From Ginkgo biloba (Eukaryota; Plantae; Ginkgophyta): 21,224 nt of DNA. Below are positions 1-9,585 of this stretch, one piece after another. A model generated the notes under the pieces. That model worked only from the letters and a program-made list of their open reading frames with translations, made no database searches and was not told the DNA's origin. A program made the translations under genes and the position numbers. The first letter of the stretch is position 1. Each line of letters starts with the position of its first letter. The DNA is taken from contig JANKJI020000002.1 in NCBI GenBank assembly GCA_024626585.2, positions 127,921,008 to 127,942,231 on the forward strand. Direction: 5' to 3'.

Positions 1-1941
1 GTTAGTTGTTCTTATTCACAATCACAAAATTTTGAGAAGAAATAATTCTAAAATTCAAGAAGAGTCCTCCCAAGTAGCCAATAAGATGTCTAGCCCTTGC
101 AACACACTAAGGGATGAGAGAATGGCTCCTATCAATGGATGCTCTACACTTGTATGGTAGATTCCTATTTATCGAGTAGTTGAAATTATAACATTGATGT
201 CACCTTCCACTACTTCATGTAGAAGTTTAACCCCTCTTTAAGTACCAAGTGTTATTAAGTTATAAGTGCTTTTGTATTAAACCCAAGAGAGACTTCTTAA
301 CCCTAAGAGATGCTCCTACATGTGTAGAGGCTTGATTGGAGAAGGGTGATTCATGCTTTGATGGCAAAGTATATTAAGAGGAGATGGTATTTCATGTCCC
401 CCAAATTCTATATGTGATTGTGGATAATTGTGATTATTATGTAGGGATAAGTGGTGGCCCACATGTTTGTGAGGGTAATCATAGTAACACTTTTGAAAGG
501 TGTGCTAAAGTCTATATGGAGTTAGGCTAAGGAGGTTCATTTTGAGTATGTGAGGGAGCTTAAGCCTCACTTGGGATAATAATTGTGACTTTGTAATATA
601 TCATAAAGCATTTGCTCATGTTGACTAGTGCGACTCTCCTTGTGAGCTTTTGGACTTAGGTGAGGTGTTGGTGATCTTTTATAGTGATCATATTGTTATA
701 TTTTGGCTTCTAAGGTGCGGTTATATTATTATATGGTGTACAATTCATTTGTATGGTGTTATATTATATGGCTTTATATTATTTTATGGTCAATTTGAGT
801 ATTATAACCTAAAAGTGTTATTGCAAGAGGTATCAAAGCTAAGTTTCATTTTCTTTTGGAGGTACAACTCAAATCTATCAAATTTGCAAGTGTACTCATC
901 CTAATTTCATAATTGTTCTTCTAGTTTTAGAAAGATGAGGTCAAGATAGGTGGTTATAATAAAAATGTCTGATGTCAAGTTCAGAAGCTCTTAAAAAGTA
1001 CATTTGAAGTTGGCCTAGAATTCAACTCTTTTTGAGTTGTTTTGGAAGGGTTTCTTAAAAAGTGACAATTTTAGTGGAAAATTCGATAGATTTTGCAGGA
1101 TTGTTTTGTAGATCCTTAAACTAGACATCTAGGCAAATAAATACAACAATAATTTGAGTCAATTCAGATTTTGTATGCCCCCTATAAAGCTTAGTGCAAG
1201 TTTAGCTAGGTTTTTGAGGATGTGACTGTAATTGCAACATTTACACCACCAAAATTTCAAAATTTTGAAAAGTTTTTGCATGCTTGGAAAGTTTAGATTT
1301 TTCGACCTCAAATACCTACAAAGAGCATCAAAATTAGCCATCAAACAAGAGAGTATAATTTGTGGAGCCGATTTTTAGGGTTTGTAGTAGTGTGTGGCAA
1401 AAATAGAGGTATTTTCACCATATTTTTTGGCTCTCTCTAAAATCTTCTTGCACATTTAGAAAGTTCATTCTGGAATAGTGAATTTGAAGAAAGCAATTTA
1501 TCTCATTTGGACTTTGGAAGCTCTTGAAGCATTGCAAACAAGTTTAGTTGCTATTATAAGGCCTAATTTCAAGGTTCGAGTTGAAGTACCTACAATTTTG
1601 GAACTAATTGTCAAAATTTCTTGAATATTTTTGCATATTTAGGTAGATGTGATTTTGCTAATCAATTTTGATAGAGAAACTTTAAATCAGCCCACCTAGT
1701 GACTCTGTTATAGCTATGCCTTTTGACGAAATCTTATAAGAGCGAATATAGGGTTAGAGACAATAGACTATGGTAGCAAGGTCAAAAAAAGATGATGATG
1801 CAAGATGAATGTAGGCAATCATTATTGGAAGNNNNNNNNNNNNNNNNNNNNNNNNNNNNNNNNNNNNNNNNNNNNNNNNNNNNNNNNNNNNNNNNNNNNN
1901 NNNNNNNNNNNNNNNNNNNNNNNNNNNNNNNTTCTAAGTAA

Positions 1942-3057
1942 AAATTGGCAAAGACACTAGTTTCAACGCCACCGGATGTTATTAGACCTTTCACCATCTA
2001 CACTAATGCTAGTGGAGTGATCCTTGGGGCCGAATTGACTCATGATGGTAAGGTGGTGGTATATGAGAGTTGCAACATGAATGAAGAAAAACAAAAGTAC
2101 CCTATTTATGATTAGGAGTTGATGGCCACCATTCATACTATTAAGATTTGGAAGCATTGCTTAAAGAATAATGATTTTGAGGTAATTACTAATCATAAGC
2201 CATTGTTATCCTTTNNNNNNNNNNNNNNNNNNNNNNNNNNNTATAGATGGGCATTGATTTTTGAAAAGTTTTGGTCCAAGTTAACCCATAGTGCAAGAAA
2301 GGAGAATATGGTGACCAATGCTTTGTCAAGGATGCCATCAGTTAATAATGTTTCAGCTGTGCAAGGATATTTGACGAGCGATATCCAAGAGTCACAAAAT
2401 CATGATAGATGGTGCCAAGAGGTGAAGCAATCTATTATTGATGGAGAACATGTTCAAAATATGCAAGTTCATGATTACATTNNNNNNNNNNNNNNNNNNN
2501 NNNNNNNNNNNNNNNNNNNNNCAATATCGCGCAACTGAAATACAAAATCATGTATGGGTTGCATGACAGGCCCTTTGATAGCCATGTGGGTAGGGATAAA
2601 ACCTATGACGCCGCCAAGAAGTATGTATATTAGAAGACTATGAAGAAAGAATTAGCAGATTATGTGAAGACCTATGATAAGTCTCAAATTAATAAGGTAG
2701 AGAGAGACCATCCTGCAAGGTTGACAACGCCTTTATTCCAAAAGGCAAATTGGAGAGCATTAGCATGGACTTTCTAACTTCCCTACAAAAGACACAACAA
2801 CAACATAATCAGATTTTGGTGGTGGGGTATCAACTCACAAAAGATTTATCCCTTGGAGGCTGACACACAAGGGATAGAATATTGTTGACTTATTGATAGT
2901 AGAAGCCTTCACCAAATTTGGGGTACCAAACAGCATAGTGAGCGATTGTAATACCAAATTCACCACCTATGTGTGGATAGGTTTGTTTAATGCTTTGGAC
3001 ACCAAGTTGGATTTCAACAATGGCGATCACCCCCAAACAAATAGGCAGACCGAGAGG
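1942..3057 (+). mobile_element. Degenerate Ty3/gypsy LTR-retrotransposon pol fragment (RNase H + integrase)
   Basis: RNase H: PDVIRPFTIYTNASG..LGAEL...YPIYD*ELMA..IKIWKH...VITNHKPL...KENMVTNALSR. Decayed HHCC finger: LHD....HVG...VKTYDKSQ. Integrase core: ISMDF (D at 2768), FGVPNSIVSD, HPQTNRQTER. RH-INT order indicates Ty3/gypsy. Stops and frameshifts present. Confidence 0.92.
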
Positions 3058-4290
3058 TATGACAATCTTGTTCTACTAAACCTACAAAACCACATGCTTT
3101 AGCCCTACCATGCTAACATGAAGTTAATCGTAGGGTGACTTAGGTAAAGTAAGCAAAAGCAAAAGTAAAATACAGTCAAACTTATGCGATGGAATGAGTG
3201 TACATACAAAACAATTATTTACTTGTATTAATTTATGGTCACAGAAATAGAATGCATTAATTACAAGTTTCACCAAAAAAGACTATTTGACCAAGGTGAA
3301 CTTGCAGTGAGGACTCTAACCACCTACTATTGGCCATGGGGACCACCTATATGGGCTTATTAACACCAACAACCAAACCTTTGATGGAGAGCACCCTAAC
3401 TGTCAATGCCTANNNNNNNNNNNNNNNNNNNNNNNNNNNNNNNNNNNNNNNNNNNNNNNNNNNNNNNNNNNNNNNNNNGTGACAAGCCCATTTTGTTTCA
3501 ACCCATCTTTGGCACCACAATAACCCTAGAAAGTTGTAGTATCCACCCCTACTAGCAATTTATTTATTTATATTAATTTTTGGTATCGTAATCTCCCTAG
3601 GGCCACGACAAGAAACCCTAAACAAGAATTTACTTGTCAAAATTGTCATGGCTACAACAAAAGTCGAAAGGCTTATGGTTGCAACAACAAATCATAATCC
3701 CTTTAGTTGCACCAACAAACTGTAGACCTACAACTACAACAAGTAGCTATAGAAACTAGTAAAGAGGATAAGCATAAGCACCAACTCAAGCCTCTTAAGG
3801 GGAAGCCAAAGCCCTACTATTAGTATGCCCAATTAAAGCCATGCTAAGGAAAAAATGAAGCCTCATAGTGAGGGCACCCTTGTTCAGGGACTCCAATCCC
3901 CCAATAAGTCTTTGGCTACAACCTTAACTACCTAATCAAAAGTTGCTTGGGTTTTATGTAATGAAGGTGGGGAAGAAATCAAAAAATATATACAGAACAA
4001 TATATTGCATGAATCCATCCATAGAGGAACCATAAAAATTCATAAATATAGTAAAGCAAACCCTTGANNNNNNNNNNNNNNNCTAGGGGTGCCCTACTCC
4101 AAAAAGGATAATTCCTAGAAACTACGATTTAGAGCCATAAACTAACCATCTGAAAATCATCAAATAGAATTTTGTGTAGAACTACAAAAATTCATATTAA
4201 TTTATGGTAGTTGAACATTACTACAGAGTTAAGGTTTGTAGAATACTTATAGAATTCAAGACTTACCTAACTCCTCTCTACAACCCTAGT
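3058..4290. mobile_element. Probable LTR-derived non-coding sequence truncating the integrase
   Basis: Integrase homology stops abruptly after QTER at TATGACAATC. A similar GTGACAAGCCC follows the gap at 3479. Both resemble TGTGAC-type LTR termini. No coding signal. Boundaries are approximate. Confidence 0.3.
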
Positions 4291-5512
4291 NNNNNNNNNN
4301 NNNNNNNNNNNNNNNNNNNNNNNNNNNNNNNNNNNNNNNNNNNNNNNNNNNNNNNNNNNNNNNNNNNNNNNNNNNNNNNNNNNNNNNNNNGAATGAATGA
4401 AAATCATTCTTCTCTCTCATCTCTTGTATTCAATTTGCTTCCTTTTTGTTGTTCTGCATCTTTGAACAATATGTTTTAGAATTTTAATAGACCCAAGAAA
4501 GTCACGATCTCTTCTTCAAATTTCCAAACTGTTTTAAGAGGGAGATCTTCCTCTATAACTCATTGCAGGAGTCAATATCCAATCTGTCATTTGGTTGCAA
4601 ACCATTAGTAGTTTATGTATGTAACATAAGGGAAAGACTAAAGTTCATCAACCACCCTAATTTGTGTGCTGATAAATTCTTATCCGTGTTTGAGGTGGGA
4701 AATTCAACCTGTTGAAGATAAGGGCTGATCTCCATTTTGGCAATCAGCTCCAAGCCATCAGGAATCAAGTTATGCCCCCCAAGTTTTTAATTTAAATTTG
4801 ATTCAGGGAAAATTCTGTGTAGAATTCTTTAATTATATTATGTGAACCTTCTAAGTGCCTATTTCGAGGAGAATTTCTTCATAACTTTGAATCTGTTTGT
4901 GATGTTCAAATGCGCAGTTCTAAATTTTATTTGCTTTCTTTCTTTATTGTTTTGCCTTTTGTTGTCAATTTTATCACACAAAAACCAAAGGAGACCCTTT
5001 GCTGTTTGGCNNNNNNNNNNNNNNNNNNNNNNNNNNNNNNNNNNNNNNNNNNNGCGGATACAGAACATTTGTGGTTATTCTAATCTGTGATTGTTCTATA
5101 CCGATAAGTGACAATTAGAAGAGGTCAGAACAATGACTGCTTATTGGAGAAAGAAACATAGAGTATGTGTTCATATAATGGTTTGTGGAGATGCAAAAGT
5201 AGTCCTTGTTCTTGAGATGCATAAGAAATATGTTTTGTTGGAATGCCAAGGATCAACATACAGTAGAAAATAAAAGTTATTCTGAATGGTTAATGTTCAA
5301 GGCAGACAACTTCATCTGAGCTAGTCATGCTTAGGCACCTTATACACAATACTAAAATGGTGTATATTCATAATTGCAGACTCCTTTCTTCCCAATATAG
5401 CTGTAGATGTGCNNNNNNNNNNAATTCAAGGGAATAGAGAATATGAATTGTGTAAACATTGGATGCTGAGTTTTCTCTCTCTAGAACTAGGGGTTTTTAC
5501 CACAAATTGCAG

Positions 5513-5528
5513 GTTCATCCAAATAGCA
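5513..5528 (+). other. Candidate 16-nt upstream micro-exon of the DsbA-like gene
   Basis: TTGCAG|GTTCATCCAAATAGCA|GTAAGT has a consensus acceptor and a perfect donor. It reads FIQIA, in frame with KLNIM, when spliced to 5841. Confidence 0.5.
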
Positions 5529-5852
5529 GTAAGTTCTCCAAGCTCGACAAGGGTGTCGTTGTAGAACATGGAATGACCTTTCATTTACGATTGTAGCTTT
5601 GCATTTCACCTTAAGTCACGTGATATGTATAACATAGTTTTACCACAGAATTAGTGTAANNNNNNNNNNNNNNNNNNNNNNNNNNTAGATTTTTTAGCAA
5701 CCAAGATAAGATATGTGCATCTGCCTGTATATGATGTTCTGGCCTTTGTCCTTGTGCTCTTAATTGTATAATACCAGAGAGTACTTAGCTTTCAATACTT
5801 CTGTTCATTGAAATTGAATCTTTGTCAAATGCAAAAACAGAAGCTCAACATT

Positions 5853-5996
5853 ATGGCGCAATCACTATCTACACAACCTGAGAAGAAGCTTATTATAATT
5901 GACATTACTTCCGATACTGTCTGTCCCTGGTGCTTTGTTGGCAAAAGACATCTTGACAAAGCTATGAATGCATCTAAGGATCTCTACGATTTTCAG
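5853..5996 (+). CDS. DsbA/FrnE-like thioredoxin-fold oxidoreductase, coding exon A (MAQSLSTQPEKKLIIIDITSDTVCPWCFVGKRHLDKAMNASKDLYDFQ)
   Basis: ATG at 5853. DITSDTVCPWCFVGKR is the DsbA_FrnE family signature, with CPWC at 5922-5933. Exon ends at a phase-0 donor CAG|GTAA (GT at 5997). Candidate acceptor CAG at 5838-5840. Confidence 0.95.
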
Positions 5997-6126
5997 GTAA
6001 TTTCTTCTATTTCATTGTTATTTAGTTCTTGGCTGACTTTTGTACATATCTATTAGTTAAACTACCATGCATATCCCTGTTGTTTCCTGTGTGGAAAGTT
6101 ATATTAATTTATGAACTTAATTCCAG

Positions 6127-6249
6127 GTCCGATGGCATCCTTTTTTATTGAACCCTTCTGCACCAAAGGAAGGGATAGAAAAATCTATCTATTATAAGCA
6201 GAAGTTTGGTGAGGATCGTGTGAAGCTCATTACATCTCGTGTTATAAAG
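6127..6249 (+). CDS. DsbA/FrnE-like protein, coding exon B (VRWHPFLLNPSAPKEGIEKSIYYKQKFGEDRVKLITSRVIK)
   Basis: Acceptor TTCCAG| and donor AAG|GTTAAA. 123 nt, phase 0/0. The W.PF.LNP motif is typical of the family. Confidence 0.93.
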
Positions 6250-6360
6250 GTTAAAGGCACACTGCTCCTGAGTAATCAATGCTTTTATTCTTTCCCATTA
6301 TTTAGCATGAACATTAAATCTTGCCAATCTCTTCTTAGAGTTTGTTTATCACTGATGCAG

Positions 6361-6404
6361 GCATTTCAGGATGTTGGAGTTGACTCTAAAAGTGGGGGAC
6401 TCAC
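6361..6404 (+). CDS. DsbA/FrnE-like protein, coding exon C (AFQDVGVDSKSGGL+T)
   Basis: Acceptor TGCAG| and donor AC|GTAAGA. 44 nt, phase 0/2, joining exon D in frame. Confidence 0.9.
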
Positions 6405-6579
6405 GTAAGATGATTGGTTTTTCTCTTAGAATCTGGATATTCGGTGCATGCTAACGTCGAATGATTGAAAATTACTATTGGCTATAGCACTTGCTTCATT
6501 TTCACTTTCTGATGTAATCTAGTACAAGCTTTACATGAGCAGTCATGTGTGTACTAATTGGTTTGATATTTTTCTGCAG

Positions 6580-6705
6580 AGGTAACACATTAGATAGCCA
6601 TAGGCTCATAGAATTTGCAGCTCAGCAGGGACTGGAGAAGCAAAATGCTCTTGTGGAAGAGTTGTTTCTCAATTTTTTTACAGAGGAGAAATATATAGGT
6701 GATCG
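6580..6705 (+). CDS. DsbA/FrnE-like protein, coding exon D (TGNTLDSHRLIEFAAQQGLEKQNALVEELFLNFFTEEKYIGD+R)
   Basis: Acceptor TTTTTCTGCAG| and donor CG|GTAAGC. NT.DSHRL and LF..FF...K.IGD are family motifs. 126 nt, phase 2/2. Confidence 0.94.
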
Positions 6706-6946
6706 GTAAGCTCTAATCTGAAGTGCTCCTGGTCCACGGAAAGATCTAGTGTTAATAATTCCTTTTTATTGCATGATGGTGGGCACCATATGCCATCCAC
6801 TTTTATACGGTCTTTTTGATTATCTTCTGTAATGGTGTTCAAATCATCCATAAACTGTATTGACCAAGGAAGAACATATATTTACGCTAGTCTCCTCATG
6901 GCCTGATCTGTTTCTATCATGATCCCCTAGGGTCATGGCTCCTTAT

Positions 6947-7330
6947 TGTTAGTAGTCATTCCATGTAATTATGTAATTGCTTAAGAAATGAACGAGTGTA
7001 GGACTTGCACAAATATAGGATCTGCACAAGTAGGACTTGCCCAAGCTTAGGACTTGCTCCCTTACATTGGAATTGTCTTAAGTAGTTGGGCAGTTGCCAA
7101 CAGTTGTAACTAATTGTAACTGGTAGAAGGTGGTACCTTTTTTCATATGTAAGGACCACTTGTTCATTTTGAAGACACCATGGTGTACTAGCCTAGGCTA
7201 TACATAATGGTGGTAAATGTACAAATGTTTATTCCTGCAATCTATGATCATTGTTGAGCATCATCATTATTGATTCTTCTCTTTGATTTGTGTCCATATG
7301 TTATTTTAGTCTTGCAACTCAAATTACTCA
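6947..7330. mobile_element. Solo LTR (384 bp) with 5-bp target-site duplication CTTAT
   Basis: CTTAT(6942-6946)|TGTTAGTA...TTACTCA|CTTAT(7331-7335), with TG...CA termini and internal sub-repeats. Removing it restores a reading frame across the site. Confidence 0.75.
6999..7057. repeat. Four tandem TAGGACTTGC-type sub-repeats (15-17 nt period) inside the solo LTR
   Basis: TAGGACTTGC at 6999, 7031 and 7048, plus the variant TAGGATCTGC at 7016. Confidence 0.85.
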
Positions 7331-7335
7331 CTTAT

Positions 7336-8935
7336 TAGATCAACATCCAAGATCATGGAAATTCCTCTCTCATTGGTTGAGTGTCTAAAGACCTTGAGGA
7401 TTTGTCCATCCAATTTCTTAGTCCTTCCCCTCGCTACGCTCAGGAAAGGTCTTTGGACNNNNNNNNNNNNNNNNNNNNNNNNNNNNNNNNNNNNNNNNNN
7501 NNNNNNNNNNNNNNNNNNNNNNNNNNNNNNNNNNNNNNNNNNNNNNNNNNNNNNNNNNTACACAATCCCTTATGGTGATAGCATTTGGATTGGGCTTGGA
7601 ATACAAAAACTCTGTTATGGGACTGCCCCTTCCACCATACTTTGAAGATCATTGCTGTCAAGAAGATGAAGTGGTTATTGCTCGATGGTGGGAGTAGGCA
7701 GCACATGCCAACATTCTCCAACAAGCGGAAGAAACACATACCTATTGGCCTTCTAGAGGAGCGATTTTTTACTGAAGATGTGGAATGCTTCTTTGTCATT
7801 CTTTTATCCTTGTTCTAGGAATTTCTTGCCCAGCACAAGTAGCCTTGTACAAGGATTTTATGCTTCGCTTGCCTTCTTTCAACAAGAAGCAAGCACTTTG
7901 GCATTCTGCTCATATTGCTGCCTAATAGTTGGAAGTATGGGCATCATAACATGAGGGGTGTGTCCAACCTTTTGTTGAAGACGTTGAAGAAAGTTTGGNN
8001 NNNNNNNNNNNNNNNNNNNNNNNNNNNNNNNNNNNNNNNNNNNNNNNTAGAGATCCTGTGGGAGAAACTAGCAAAGAAGAAGCTAAGATTGGAGGTGGAA
8101 TTTTGGCAAGAGCCCTATTTGACAAAGTTTACCAGTGGAGAAGCTTGTGATTGTGGCCTAAGGAGGTAAGATGACGAGTTACTTGGCCACAATAAATGAG
8201 GCTGTGGGTAACATTCAGTAAAGAAAACCAGCAAGTGGATTTGTGGGCCATGGCATCGGCAACAAGGTTGGTTGAATAATAATGACTGCGTATATTTAGT
8301 GGAGGGGAGAATGAGGATCCGACAAGGCATAGCCACATTTGTGAGACAATATGGACAGCCAATGGTGTACATGATTATGTAACTTCATCTCAGGAGTGCA
8401 TTCTCAGGTATACTTTTGTTTCTCAAGTATTGCATCTTTGGGAATATATGGTATGTGTTGGGTTGTTCATTTGGATTAAGCAATGGGTGTAAGTTGAACG
8501 CATCTGAGGTGTATGGATTAAACAACACAGAGGAAGTCCTTGATCGATCCCTGGGTTTTCAAGGAGCTGCACTTCTGTTGGATGAGAGATCACCCACGTG
8601 GGAGTGCCGTCGCTCGCTGGGTCTCTTTCTTGAATCCTTCTAGATAACAAACATTAGCCTTATTGATCGCTTCTTTGATCCTATGGTTTCCCAGGACGGG
8701 TCAAAAGGCCCTGTCCTCTTGTGCTACAGTCTTATTGACAAGCTCTTAGAGTGGATTCCTTAGGTGGGCAAGGCTTCCTCCCTCTCTCAAGAGAGATTAC
8801 TAGGGGTCAATCGTTTGTGTAGACAGGTGGAGATGAAGCAGGCACATTCCGCCTGGGATAATGAATCTCTCATAGATAGATTGCGATGTACTCAACAAGA
8901 GGTTAGTCTCGGGGACGAGGAACAGGCTAGAATGC
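7336..8935 (+). pseudogene. Decayed ORF(s) of unassigned family, probably a TE accessory ORF, interrupted by a gag fragment
   Basis: Long protein-like frames with sparse stops: 7336-7458, 7585-7840, and 8383-8935 (about 184 codons with only two TAG stops, at 8641 and 8761). No recognisable RT, INT or transposase motif. Confidence 0.4.
8250..8375 (+). mobile_element. Ty3/gypsy gag (capsid N-terminal) fragment
   Basis: MASATRLVE***LRIFSGGENEDPTRHSHICETIWTANGVHD fits the LP.F.G...EDP..H pattern at the start of retrotransposon gag domains. Confidence 0.6.
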
Positions 8936-9044
8936 NNNNNNNNNNNNNNNNNNNNNNNNNNNNNNNNNNNNNNNNNNNNNNNNNNNNNNNNNNNNNNNNN
9001 NNNNNNNNNNNNNNNNNNNNNNNNNNNNNNNNNNNAAAAATAAT

Positions 9045-9585
9045 TGAAAAAAATTCCCAAGTACTTGTATAAATATCCTATTAATCAATTCTTGATATGT
9101 TTTTGGAGTGTTATATAAACTAAAAGGCATCACTTTGAATTTGAAGTGTCCCTAATGAGTATAAAAATCTATCTTCTCTTATCTTAAATCCTAATGGGTA
9201 TCAAGTAGTATCCTAATTTAAGGTCTATCTTTTAGAAATATCTTTCTCCATGAAGTTTATCCAGTAGGTCATCAATCCTGGGCATTGAAAATTTATTTTT
9301 TATTGTGATTTTATTTAAATCCCTATAATCAACACATAGTTTATACAATATATCAATATTCCTATATAATACCACTATTGTGTCATAAGGGATCTTACTT
9401 TCTTATATCACTCCTAGGTCTATTAGGTCTCGAGTGAGTATATCAATTTTATATTTTCTATTTTAGTTGTATCAATATGGTTTGCTAATTGTTGGTCCTT
9501 TTCCCACTTAAATATCAATTATATGTTCCATGCCTCAATATGGTGGTATTTATTTGGGTATATATTTAAAATATTTAATAGGTTA
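9045..9585 (-). mobile_element. Degenerate Ty3/gypsy reverse transcriptase fragment
   Basis: Minus strand reads [44 protein letters not shown] and GHFKFKVMPFSLYNTPKTYQELINRIF, which are canonical gypsy RT motifs. Multiple stops. Confidence 0.92.

Noticed and set aside
650-904. 84-aa Tyr/Ile-rich ORF
   Set aside because: It has a non-ATG start and derives from TTATATT/TATGG low-complexity repeats (about 695-790), with no recognisable motif.
5922-5933. Possible selenoprotein (some algal DsbA-like proteins use Sec in the redox motif)
   Set aside because: Both active-site codons are Cys (TGT, TGC), and there is no in-frame TGA in the visible exons.
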